NCBI GenBank assembly: GCA_051531975.1
Contig: JAOPTT010000007.1
Span: 1 to 24,928, forward strand
DNA from: Spirochaetaceae bacterium
Lineage (GTDB): Bacteria; Spirochaetota; Spirochaetia; DSM-2461
DNA: 24,928 bases
Direction of reading: 5' to 3'
In this document: positions 16,162 to 24,928 of the stretch, piece by piece
How positions within the stretch are numbered: position 1 is the first letter of the stretch
Layout of the letters: every line of letters begins with the position of its first letter
Translations under genes and position numbers: made by a program
Notes under the pieces: generated by a model
Seen by the model: only the letters and a program-made list of their open reading frames with translations
Databases searched by the model: none
What the model was told of the DNA's origin: nothing

Positions 16162-17472
16162 TTATGCAAATGCTGGTATTAACGCTAGTAGAATTCCGGC
16201 TGCAACTGCAGAACCAAGAACTCCAGCTACATTTGGGCCCATTGCATGCATTAACAGATAGTTTGAAGAGTCCTCTTCAAGACCAACTTTATTGGCAACC
16301 CTAGCCGCCATAGGTACTGCAGAAACTCCTGCAGCTCCAATAAGAGGGTTTATAGGGGTTTTTAAGAATTTATTCATAAGTTTTGCTAATAAAACACCAC
16401 AAGTAGTTCCAATACTAAATGCAACTAAACCTAGTGCTAAAATACCAAGAGTTTTAGGGTCTAAAAACTTTTCTGCGGCCATTTTTGAACCAACAGAAAG
16501 CCCTAAAAATATTGTTACAATATTAATTAGCTCACCTTGCATTGTACTTGCTAATCTATCTACTTTTCCACACTCTCTAGCAAGGTTTCCAAACATTAAA
16601 GCACCAACTAGTGGAGTTGCAGTAGGTAGTAAAATTATACATATAATCAGTACAACTATAGGGAATATTATTTTTTCAGCTTTTGATACAGGTCTAAGCT
16701 GAACCATTTTAATCTTTCGTTCTTCTTTAGTTGTTAAAAGCCTCATTATTGGAGGTTGAATTATCGGTACTAACGCCATATATGAATATGCAGCAACCGC
16801 AATAGCTCCAAGTAAGTTAGGGGCCAGTTTAGATGCTAAAAATATAGCTGTAGGACCATCTGCGCCACCAATTATTCCAATTGCACCAGCCTCTGGAAGT
16901 GTAAAATCTAGTATTCCATTTTGACTTAAAGCCAATGCACCTAAAAGAGTTGCAAAAATACCAAACTGGGCAGCTCCACCGAGTAGTGCTGTTTTAGGGT
17001 TTGCTAAAAGTGGACCAAAGTCTGTCATAGCTCCAACACCCATAAAAATAATCAGAGGAAATAGACCACTTTCTACTCCAAATCCATATAATTGCCCAAC
17101 TAAACCACCAAAAGATGTAAAATGTCCTTCGGCAATACCAACAAAACCATTTAGATTTCCATCGGTTATACCTAGCTCTTTTGCTTTTCCTAATACACCG
17201 GAACCATAATGAGCTAGAGTATTAGTATCTATACTTTTTACAAAATTAACAGTGGCATCAGCAATACCGGCAGTTGGAATATTTGCAAATATAGCTCCCA
17301 TACCAATAGGTACTAATAAAAGTGGTTCAAAGTCTTTTTTAATTGCTAAAAAAAGCAATGTAAGTCCAACTAATATCATAACAACTTGGCCAAGAGCAAA
17401 GTTCATAATTCCAGTTGACTTCCACACTTCTACTAAAGCCTCTCTAATATTTAATTGTAGTAGTAGGTTCAT
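16162..17472 (-). CDS. oadB: Sodium ion-translocating decarboxylase beta subunit
   Basis: [43 protein letters not shown] and [13 protein letters not shown]. Confidence 0.96.
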   Translation of the reverse strand: MNLLLQLNIREALVEVWKSTGIMNFALGQVVMILVGLTLLFLAIKKDFEPLLLVPIGMGAIFANIPTAGIADATVNFVKSIDTNTLAHYGSGVLGKAKELGITDGNLNGFVGIAEGHFTSFGGLVGQLYGFGVESGLFPLIIFMGVGAMTDFGPLLANPKTALLGGAAQFGIFATLLGALALSQNGILDFTLPEAGAIGIIGGADGPTAIFLASKLAPNLLGAIAVAAYSYMALVPIIQPPIMRLLTTKEERKIKMVQLRPVSKAEKIIFPIVVLIICIILLPTATPLVGALMFGNLARECGKVDRLASTMQGELINIVTIFLGLSVGSKMAAEKFLDPKTLGILALGLVAFSIGTTCGVLLAKLMNKFLKTPINPLIGAAGVSAVPMAARVANKVGLEEDSSNYLLMHAMGPNVAGVLGSAVAAGILLALIPAFA

Positions 17473-17475
17473 AGC

Positions 17476-19266
17476 TTATCCTTGTATCTCAAACAGAGCT
17501 TGTCCGGCTGTAACCTGATCACCTTGGGCTACATTTATTCTTGCTACTATTCCTGTTTTTTTAGCAGTAATAGGGGATTCCATTTTCATTGCTTCTAAAA
17601 CCATAACTTCATCGCCTTCTTCTACGGAGTCTCCAGCTTCTACACTAACTCTAAGAACAAGACCGGGAAGAGGAGCAGATGTAACATCACCGCCACCACT
17701 TGTAACTGGTGCAGCAGCTTGTTTATCAATACCTAATGCAACATCTACGTTATACTCTTTACCATTTACAACAGCTTTCCCATCTTTCATTTCAACAGCA
17801 TAACTTTTACCATTAACAGAAACTGTATAACCACCATCTGGGTCACCATTTGTACATGGTTCAGTACTAACTCTTCTAATATTTTCTACAGCTTTACCTT
17901 GTAAAAATGTTATACCCTTTTCACGACATGCTGCTGCAATAAATATATTTTCATCATTTATAGGTAAGTTAGCTTTTTCAAGCATTGTTGTAGCGGATTT
18001 TACACCTAAATCAGAATCTCTTCCATTTATATCAACTACTTTTTCAGTTGTAGGTTCTAATCCTAATTGTTCCTGTGCAATCTCTACTATTTTAGGATCC
18101 GGAGCACATGGAGTTTTCCCAAAATATCCAAGAACCATCTTTCCGTAGCCATCCGCAATTTTTTTCCATGGACCGAACATTACATTATTAAATGCTTGCT
18201 GAAAATAGAACTGAGAAACAGGTGTAACAGATGTACCAAATCCACCTCTTTCAACAACTTCTCCCATAGCTTTAGTAATATCAGCATATTTATCCATTAA
18301 ATTATTATCTCTTAACATCTGAGTATTTGCAGTTAATGCTCCACCAGGAAGAGGGGAGAATGGAATAAGAGGGTTAACAGCCTTTGCTTCTGGAGGCATA
18401 TAATAATCTTTTAGACACTCTTTTAATACTTCTTCTACTTCAATAATTTTTACAGGATCAACACCTAAATCATAATCTGAACCTTTTAATGCATGCCACA
18501 TAGTCATAACATCTGGCTGACATGTTCCACCTGACACAGGTGCTAAGGATAAGTCTATTTGTGAAGCTCCAGCAACAAGTGCCGCTTTATATTGCATTAC
18601 ACTAATTCCTGCTGTTTCATGGGAGTGGAATGTTATGTTCATCTCCTCTCCTAATAGTTTCCTTGCAGCTTCAATAGTGTCGTAAACTTTATTTGGTGTA
18701 CTTGTTCCAGATGCATCTTTAAAACAGATTGAATCAAATGAAATATTAGCATCTAAAATCTTTCTTAAAACACCGGTATAGAATTCTGCTGTATGAGCAC
18801 CTTCACAACCAGGTGGTAGTTCCATCATGGTAATACATACTTCATGTTTTAATCCCGCATTAACTATACACTCTCCTGAATATATAAGATTATCCACATC
18901 GTTAAGTGCGTCAAAGTTTCTAATTGTTGTCATACCGTGTTTTTTAAACAGATCAGCATGTAGTTTAATTATATCTCTTGGTTGGGAAGCTAAACCTACA
19001 ACATTAACACCTCTTGATAGAGTCTGTAAATTTGCATCAGGCCCAGTTGCTTTTCTAAATTCGTCCATAACGTCAAAACCATTTTCGTTACAATAAAAGA
19101 AAGGAGCTTGAAATCTTGCACCACCACCGGCTTCAAAATGTCTGATTCCTGCGTTTGTAGCTACTTCAACTGCTGGTAGAAAATCTTTTGATAATACCCT
19201 GGCTCCATAAACAGATTGAAATCCGTCCCTAAATGCTGTAACCATAAAATTGATACGTTTTTTCAT
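17476..19266 (-). CDS. oadA: Oxaloacetate decarboxylase alpha subunit / PycB-type carboxyltransferase with biotin-carrier domain
   Basis: Carboxyltransferase motifs FRDGFQS, CFKDASG, FHSHET, PGG and VTPVSQ. C-terminal biotinyl domain with EAMKME. Lies between oadG and oadB. Confidence 0.9.
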   Translation of the reverse strand: MKKRINFMVTAFRDGFQSVYGARVLSKDFLPAVEVATNAGIRHFEAGGGARFQAPFFYCNENGFDVMDEFRKATGPDANLQTLSRGVNVVGLASQPRDIIKLHADLFKKHGMTTIRNFDALNDVDNLIYSGECIVNAGLKHEVCITMMELPPGCEGAHTAEFYTGVLRKILDANISFDSICFKDASGTSTPNKVYDTIEAARKLLGEEMNITFHSHETAGISVMQYKAALVAGASQIDLSLAPVSGGTCQPDVMTMWHALKGSDYDLGVDPVKIIEVEEVLKECLKDYYMPPEAKAVNPLIPFSPLPGGALTANTQMLRDNNLMDKYADITKAMGEVVERGGFGTSVTPVSQFYFQQAFNNVMFGPWKKIADGYGKMVLGYFGKTPCAPDPKIVEIAQEQLGLEPTTEKVVDINGRDSDLGVKSATTMLEKANLPINDENIFIAAACREKGITFLQGKAVENIRRVSTEPCTNGDPDGGYTVSVNGKSYAVEMKDGKAVVNGKEYNVDVALGIDKQAAAPVTSGGGDVTSAPLPGLVLRVSVEAGDSVEEGDEVMVLEAMKMESPITAKKTGIVARINVAQGDQVTAGQALFEIQG

Positions 19267-19487
19267 TAGTTTTTCTCCCTAGATGTAAAGCTTCTAACTG
19301 CTGCAATAGCTATTGCAATTTCGATATCTGTGGATGGCGCTCTTTTTACCTGTGCCACAGCTTCCTTTTCTGGTATAAATTTCTGGATAAATGAAGACAT
19401 GATACTCATCGAAAAAACCAGAAGTATCAGGAATACAAAAACTCCTAACATACCTACTAGTGTTATAATTAAACCTGCATCGAACAT
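19266..19487 (-). CDS. oadG: Sodium pump decarboxylase gamma subunit
   Basis: 73 aa with an N-terminal TM (GMLGVFVFLILL) and C-terminal IAIAIAAV. AGGAG RBS. Stop overlaps the oadA start. Confidence 0.9.
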   Translation of the reverse strand: MFDAGLIITLVGMLGVFVFLILLVFSMSIMSSFIQKFIPEKEAVAQVKRAPSTDIEIAIAIAAVRSFTSREKN

Positions 19488-19549
19488 TGGTCCAACTCCT
19501 GTAAATTTGTATTTCTAAAATATTATGCTAAATTCTATTACAAATCAAG

Positions 19550-19590
19550 CTATAATCATTGTTTGTTGTTAAAATCAACAATGATTATAG
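19550..19590 (-). terminator. Perfect 14-bp inverted repeat just after the cyclase stop
   Basis: CTATAATCATTGTT (19550-19563) and AACAATGATTATAG (19577-19590). Confidence 0.6.
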
Positions 19591-19593
19591 TTA

Positions 19594-22311
19594 TTATTTA
19601 GAAGTTAAATTAAAAACTCCATCCCAATTATCTTCTGGCTGTTTTACTAAGAATTTATCACACATCTGAATGTATCTTATTGAAGTTTGATCTTCTGGTA
19701 TAAAATCAAGAGCTTTTTTAAATGTTTCCTTTGCTTTTACCCACTGTTTATCTTCAAAAAGTGTTAATGCTGCTTCAAAGCTTTCTACCATTCCTAACTG
19801 TTCGGTGGTCGCTTCATCTTTGACACAAATAGGATTATATAATCTTATAGGATTGTTAATACCAACAACTCTAACTCTATCAAGACGTCTTGTTAAAAAG
19901 AGGTCTTCAGCTTTATCCATTGTCCGTTCACTTGCTAATATCCATGTACCATACTGCTTATTTACACCTTCTAGCCTAGCAGCAATATTTACATCACTAC
20001 CCATCATGGTATAATCCATTTTTTTAGGAGTTCCCATATTACCTACAACACATGGACCTGAGTTAATACCTATTCTTGTCTGAAGTGGTGTTGGAGTCAT
20101 ACCTCTTTCTGCAAAATCCTTATTAAGTTTCTCTTCCATCTCTTTCATTCGTATTGCAGCCATTACTGCTTTAGTTGCATGATCTGGTAGAGGAGCTGGA
20201 GCTCCAAAGAAACCTATAATAGCATCACCTTCGTATTTATCTATGGTACCTTTATACTCTAGTGCTATGTTACTCATTGCTGTTAAATATTCATTTAGCA
20301 GTGTTACTAACTCATTTGGTGTTAACTTTTCTGATATTGTAGAAAAACCTTTTACATCAGTAAAAAATGCAGTAATCTCTTTCTCTTCTCCACCTAATTG
20401 CAGTTTAGAAGGGTCGTTAATAATATCTTGAATAACTTCTTCTGATAGATACTGACCAAATGCGTTTTTGATAAATGCTTTATCTTTGGATGTGGATATT
20501 AGTTTTCCGGATATCTTTTGAATAAAAACAAGAATGAAACTCAGTCCAGGAATTAGTATCTTCATGTATATACCTGTAAAATAGAATAGTGCTAAATAAC
20601 TAACTACTATTAAAAGAAACAGAGATAAACCAAGAATGATTGCAGTATTAGCTTCTCTCTTTTTTATTAGTACTGAAGCGATAAATGCAAAAATGAATGC
20701 TAAGACTATTGGTATCCACATCGGTAATATTGTAATAAACTCTTCTGCTAATAAGTTATTATATAACGTTGGGTATATTCCCATATTAAAATAGTCTTTT
20801 TCGAATGGATTTGATCCAATATCAAAAGTAGAAGTTGCTGTATAACCAAAAGTGATAATTGTACCATCAATTTTTTCTTTTAATTCTGTCCTAAACTCAA
20901 GAAGTGTTTCTAAATTTTTTCTTCCATTGTCAAATATTTTACTTATTTCATCTGCAACTGCAATATATACATTATTTTCATCCTCAGTAAAATCTTGTCC
21001 AGCTAAAAAATTATTAAGGGCATTTCGGTATACGACATCAACACTTGGTTGATCGACAGAGCCATTAAGAAGAATGATTGATTGATTTATAGCCTCTTCT
21101 CTAAGATTTCTATATTCCTCAAACTCCTCTGGATCTCCAGTTTTTTTAATATCATCTGCCATTTTAAACATGGAAACAACATCTCTGTAGCTTTTACCAG
21201 TTAGTTGGTTTGTATTTGGGTTTGTAATTATTTTATTAAGGGTACTTGTTAAAGCTTTAAGCAGAGTATCGTGTCTATATAATAGATAAAAATTCAGACT
21301 GGGAAATGTAGTATCATAAAATTCTCCAGCCCAATCAATTACAACAGAACCATCAGAAAATAGTGGGATTTTAACATTTTTTAAGTCCGCATTCCCATTT
21401 TTGACACCTTCTAAAATTATATAATTATTGTAGACATTAATTTTAGGATTCCCAACTTTATCTAAATAACTTCTAAAAGATAGGTGAGGATAGTAAAATC
21501 CATCTTTTTCTAAAATAATTTGAGATCGACGTGTTTTACCATCTATGTCTAACAATGTTTCAACAAAACCAGATCCTTTTGTACTCTCCATTACTATTTG
21601 AATTGCTGGATTATTACCTTCTCTAGATTCAAATGGGTTTTCTTCATGAAACTCAATATTTTTTAGTGCTTGGTTTTCTTCTAAATATTTGGTGAACTCA
21701 GGGCTAATTGATTTTCCCTCTTCAAAGTCATTTGTTACATATATATTATCTATAAATGCAAAAATATTTGCTATATAAGCATCATAATCTAAGGCAATTT
21801 GATCTGTTTCATCTAATAGGTAATCAAATATATCATCATATTCCCATGACATATCTGCAATTAACTCCTCTGCGACTTCAAATCCAGGAGGTAGCTGTCC
21901 ATTCGCATAAGCATTTATTAGTTGAGTAGAATAACTTAGAGTATTGTTTTTAACTTGATTAATTACCCCAGGGATTTCATTGAACTTTGTACTATTCATA
22001 CCTGGAACACTTGGGTCGACTAACTGGGTATCCAGAAGAATTGAATCTGCACCAAATTCTTTTAGAACTAACATTCCATCTGCCAGGGTTGAACGTTTTA
22101 GTGGATACATTTTTAGCTTATCTAATGCTAAATCATCTACCTGTACATTTAAGAACTTACCCGAAACCTCTGAGAATGGTTTTATCTTTAACGCGGCATC
22201 GTATAATTTATTATCGATATCTTGAAGAATAGGTGCTAGAAAGCCTAATGCACTTATCGCCAAAACTAAGAGAAATGGAATTAAAAAACTAATAATTGAT
22301 CTTTTTTTCAT
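19594..22311 (-). CDS. CHASE2-domain membrane class III adenylate cyclase
   Basis: N-terminal TM, a large extracytoplasmic region with CHASE2-like motifs (VDDLAL..YPLKRS, DIDGKTRR, GYTATSTFD..NPF), three TMs, then the catalytic domain (FTDVKGFS, IDKYEGDAI, RIGINSG, DYTMMGSDVNIAARLEG) and a TPR-like tail ending WDGVFNLTSK. Confidence 0.92.
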   Translation of the reverse strand: MKKRSIISFLIPFLLVLAISALGFLAPILQDIDNKLYDAALKIKPFSEVSGKFLNVQVDDLALDKLKMYPLKRSTLADGMLVLKEFGADSILLDTQLVDPSVPGMNSTKFNEIPGVINQVKNNTLSYSTQLINAYANGQLPPGFEVAEELIADMSWEYDDIFDYLLDETDQIALDYDAYIANIFAFIDNIYVTNDFEEGKSISPEFTKYLEENQALKNIEFHEENPFESREGNNPAIQIVMESTKGSGFVETLLDIDGKTRRSQIILEKDGFYYPHLSFRSYLDKVGNPKINVYNNYIILEGVKNGNADLKNVKIPLFSDGSVVIDWAGEFYDTTFPSLNFYLLYRHDTLLKALTSTLNKIITNPNTNQLTGKSYRDVVSMFKMADDIKKTGDPEEFEEYRNLREEAINQSIILLNGSVDQPSVDVVYRNALNNFLAGQDFTEDENNVYIAVADEISKIFDNGRKNLETLLEFRTELKEKIDGTIITFGYTATSTFDIGSNPFEKDYFNMGIYPTLYNNLLAEEFITILPMWIPIVLAFIFAFIASVLIKKREANTAIILGLSLFLLIVVSYLALFYFTGIYMKILIPGLSFILVFIQKISGKLISTSKDKAFIKNAFGQYLSEEVIQDIINDPSKLQLGGEEKEITAFFTDVKGFSTISEKLTPNELVTLLNEYLTAMSNIALEYKGTIDKYEGDAIIGFFGAPAPLPDHATKAVMAAIRMKEMEEKLNKDFAERGMTPTPLQTRIGINSGPCVVGNMGTPKKMDYTMMGSDVNIAARLEGVNKQYGTWILASERTMDKAEDLFLTRRLDRVRVVGINNPIRLYNPICVKDEATTEQLGMVESFEAALTLFEDKQWVKAKETFKKALDFIPEDQTSIRYIQMCDKFLVKQPEDNWDGVFNLTSK

Positions 22312-22339
22312 AAAAATACCTTTATTTATTGAATTTTGT

Positions 22340-22368
22340 TAGATACTACATTAATTTTAGGTTATAAT
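22340..22368 (+). promoter_or_regulatory. Putative sigma70 promoter of the rightward operon
   Basis: TAGATA (22340-22345), 17-bp spacer, TATAAT (22363-22368), with AGGAG RBS downstream. The AT-rich background limits specificity. Confidence 0.55.
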
Positions 22369-22401
22369 TAAAGTAAAAAGCAATAGGAGTATATTGATCC
22401 A

Positions 22402-23622
22402 ATGAAAAAACAGTTGTTATTGATTTATTTAGTATTAGCTACAAGCCTTGCATTCTGTTTAAATGTAGATTACGGGGTTTCGATAGATTCTTTTGTAGGA
22501 ACAGATTCTGAAGATCCATTTGGATTTGAGAAGGTTTCAATTTATAGTTCACTACAAATAACAGAAAAAGTTAGTTTTGCAATAGATGGTTTTTATAAAT
22601 TTGGGTATAGCAGTGAAGACCCTACCCATACATTCGATTTTGCAACACTTGTTGCCATATTCCCTATAGGTTCAATTAATTTTCAAGTTGGTAGAGCATA
22701 TATGGGTGATTATAGTGGGGATATTTTAGCTCACACATTAGATGGTTTAACTGCAACTATGGCAATGGGATCAGGTTCTCTGTCTATTAATGCTGGTTAT
22801 TCAGGTCTGATTCATGAAGATGAAATTAGCATAATATCTACTATTGAAGATGATGATGAAGAGACTGTAAAGAGATTAATTGAGGGTGCAGATTATATTA
22901 TTCCTCTTGGATCTTTAACGGGTTGGGTTTCAGTATATACTTTTCAAGATTTTAATAGTTTAAGTACAAACCTTTCCGTTTTCTTTGGAGGTGGTCTTAA
23001 AGGTTCAATAGGTTCCGATCTTTATTATTCATTAAGAGGTAATTTTCAGGGTGGTTTATACCCATATCTTGATTCTGAAACTTTAGACACTGAATCAGAA
23101 ACATTAATTGCTGGAATGGGTGTCCTATCTCTTGATTGGTACTTGCAATTCGAAAAGATTAAATTCTTGACTCCAGCAATATCATTAAATATAGGAATAA
23201 GTTCAGGTGATGATACTATTTCAGATGGTGCAGGTCTTGGTGATGTTCAACCAGACTTAGACGACTTAGTATCACTTTATTCTCCAATTACAACTGGAGG
23301 ACCAGGTACAATTTATTCAACAAATAACCAAAACTTAATGTATATGAAGGTTGGAGCATCAGTATCTCCTTTAGATACTCTTCAAACTCAGTTAAGTTCA
23401 GTAGTATATTTTAGAACAGTGGAAGGTGCTACTTCAGATTCAAATGTAGATTCTGAGGAAAGTGGGAATTATCTAGGTACAGAAATTAGTTTGGCAATAA
23501 ACTATAGACCATTTTCTGATTTAGGTGTATCTGTAAGTGGTGGATTTTTCTTCCCTGACGGTACTGTAATAGATGACGATCCGTCAGGAATGATTACAGC
23601 ATACGTATCACTTAGTTTATAG
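22402..23622 (+). CDS. Hypothetical exported protein, probable outer-membrane beta-barrel
   Basis: Signal peptide; many amphipathic Gly/aromatic strands; YLGTEISLAINYRPFSDLGVSVSGGFFFP; alternating hydrophobic C-terminal strand ITAYVSLSL. Confidence 0.7.
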   Translation: MKKQLLLIYLVLATSLAFCLNVDYGVSIDSFVGTDSEDPFGFEKVSIYSSLQITEKVSFAIDGFYKFGYSSEDPTHTFDFATLVAIFPIGSINFQVGRAYMGDYSGDILAHTLDGLTATMAMGSGSLSINAGYSGLIHEDEISIISTIEDDDEETVKRLIEGADYIIPLGSLTGWVSVYTFQDFNSLSTNLSVFFGGGLKGSIGSDLYYSLRGNFQGGLYPYLDSETLDTESETLIAGMGVLSLDWYLQFEKIKFLTPAISLNIGISSGDDTISDGAGLGDVQPDLDDLVSLYSPITTGGPGTIYSTNNQNLMYMKVGASVSPLDTLQTQLSSVVYFRTVEGATSDSNVDSEESGNYLGTEISLAINYRPFSDLGVSVSGGFFFPDGTVIDDDPSGMITAYVSLSL

Positions 23623-23632
23623 GAGTTGTGTT

Positions 23633-24418
23633 ATGAAAAAAATATTATTATGTTTATGTTTATTAATTAGTTTCTCTCCGCTGTTTGGGATAGCGACAGT
23701 AAAAGATTTTTTTGGAAAAGTAAAAGTTAAATATGCTGGAGATTCTACGTGGAGTAGATTGACAATTGGTCAGGAGATTCCTGCAAACGCAACGGTTTCA
23801 ACAGGTTTTAATTCCCAAATTGTTTTAGATCTTGGTAATGCTACATTGGATGTTCTACCTTTAACAAGAATGACAGTTAGTGAAATTACTGAAACTCAGG
23901 ATACAATCTCTACATCTCTATTTTTGCAAGGTGGTAAAATTACAGCAGATGTTGGAAAGATAGATGGTAAAGTTAATGACTTCAAAATAAAAAGTCCAGT
24001 TGCTACGGCGTCAGTTCGTGGAACAGCTTTTGGTTTTTCTGGTAATACCCTTACTGTTATCAGAGGGGAAGTTGCATTCTCACCAACGAAGAAAAAGGAT
24101 AAACCATCTGGAACTTCAGGTTCTGCGGAGGAAGAGGAAGAAGAGGATGCTGAAGACGAAGGTGATGTTGTAGCTGTTAAAGCTGGTGGCCAAACAGAGA
24201 TGGTAAGTCCTACTTCAAAACCTGTAGATCCTGGGGTTATAGCTAAAAATAATTCTTCAATATCCCCATCAACTAAACCTGCAATTATTAGAAATGTAAT
24301 TGTTGATAATTTAAGTGGAGATGGATCAAAACCAGAGGTTCCAACTCCTAGTGATATTCAGAACATTATTGATACAATTGCCCGAGTAACAATTACAATA
24401 AGTTTTGAAGAAGAGTAG
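23633..24418 (+). CDS. Exported FecR-domain protein
   Basis: Signal peptide; GKVKV...VSTGFNS...LQGGKI...FKIKSPVATASVRGTAF...VIRGEV FecR pattern; acidic insert and Pro/Ser-rich tail. Confidence 0.85.
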   Translation: MKKILLCLCLLISFSPLFGIATVKDFFGKVKVKYAGDSTWSRLTIGQEIPANATVSTGFNSQIVLDLGNATLDVLPLTRMTVSEITETQDTISTSLFLQGGKITADVGKIDGKVNDFKIKSPVATASVRGTAFGFSGNTLTVIRGEVAFSPTKKKDKPSGTSGSAEEEEEEDAEDEGDVVAVKAGGQTEMVSPTSKPVDPGVIAKNNSSISPSTKPAIIRNVIVDNLSGDGSKPEVPTPSDIQNIIDTIARVTITISFEEE

Positions 24419-24432
24419 GAAGAGGTATATTT

Positions 24433-24928
24433 GTGAAAAAGTTTTTATCAATCGTAGTTTTACTTTTTGTATGTGGGACAATCTTTGGACAATCAGACGA
24501 AATTTTAGATAAGTTGTATGAGCAAGATAATGCACAGACTTTATATTCAGCCCTTATTGTTTTACAAGCGGCCGGGTATTTAGATAATGATGCAACTATA
24601 GACAATGCTAGAGAGTTTTTAGAGTCTAAAAAATGGGGTCTTTCAGTACTTAAAGATGAAGAATATATTACTGCAGGGGGGTTTTCATTACTTGTAATGG
24701 AAGCTTTTGATCTTCCCCACGGCTTAATATACAATCTATTTCCTATTAAGAGATATGCTCTTAAAGAGATGGTATATAGAAAATACATTTTAGGAGCTCC
24801 TTATACTACAGATATTATGTCGAGTTTTGATGTTATTTATGTTTTAGCTTCTATACCTGTTAATGATGAAATAAATAAAAATTATATTGATGAGTCAGAG
24901 GATGTAGCTCCAGTAGAAGAGCCTGCTC
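24433..24928 (+). CDS. Hypothetical exported protein, 3'-truncated (absent from the ORF track)
   Basis: GTG at 24433 after AGGAAGAGG. Open to the window end: MKKFLSIVVLLFVCGTIFGQSDEILDKLY...AFDLPHGLIYNLFPIKRYALKEMVY...; has a signal peptide. Confidence 0.8.
   Translation, partial: MKKFLSIVVLLFVCGTIFGQSDEILDKLYEQDNAQTLYSALIVLQAAGYLDNDATIDNAREFLESKKWGLSVLKDEEYITAGGFSLLVMEAFDLPHGLIYNLFPIKRYALKEMVYRKYILGAPYTTDIMSSFDVIYVLASIPVNDEINKNYIDESEDVAPVEEPA

Noticed and set aside
13106..19487. A single energy-conserving unit comprising AOR, antiporter and Oad pump
   Set aside because: The genes are convergent with terminators between them and share no operator; adjacency alone is insufficient.
747..24788. 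Short overlapping ORFs in the track (e.g. 747-932, 7240-7452, 9936-10118, 13228-14898, 15560-16105, 16292-16702, 17252-22232, 24326-24535, 24393-24788)
   Set aside because: They lie antisense within, or across the junctions of, well-supported genes and show no recognisable motifs. 24393-24788 is the shadow of the real + strand gene starting at 24433.
1..24928. CRISPR arrays, tRNA/rRNA, IS elements, riboswitches
   Set aside because: Intergenic gaps are short (under 300 bp) and contain only isolated hairpins and operator-like sites. No spaced repeats, cloverleaf or transposase were seen by eye.

Overview
AT-rich bacterial DNA, probably from a marine anaerobic spirochaete (inferred from the Cys-less 'LFAAGNQE' binding-protein signal peptide, the MCP type and the FecR/outer-membrane gene block). 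The left 15 kb is a carbohydrate-utilisation locus. It holds a first sugar ABC transporter (binding protein truncated at the window edge) and a chemoreceptor. A GntR/FCD regulator is divergent from an operon encoding an LplABC-type oligosaccharide ABC transporter, two signal-less GH117 (alpha-3,6-anhydro-L-galactosidase family) enzymes, a 3,6-anhydro-L-galactonate cycloisomerase-like enolase and a tungsten-type aldehyde:ferredoxin oxidoreductase (AOR). This looks like an agar/3,6-anhydro-L-galactose (L-AHG) catabolic operon in which the NAD(P)-dependent AHG dehydrogenase is absent from the window and an AOR is present instead, a candidate anaerobic, ferredoxin-linked route. A 57-bp relic of a kduD-like SDR gene lies between the cycloisomerase and the second GH117 and now supplies that gene's ribosome-binding site. 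A 15-bp operator-like motif (TGTTRACAATYKACA) occurs three times at the locus promoters. The right 10 kb encodes a CaCA-family antiporter, a Na+-pumping decarboxylase (oadGAB), a CHASE2 class III adenylate cyclase, and a divergent operon with a putative outer-membrane beta-barrel, a FecR-domain protein and a truncated exported protein. No rRNA, tRNA, CRISPR or mobile element was seen. Family assignments rest on motifs and recalled sequences; no database searches were run.
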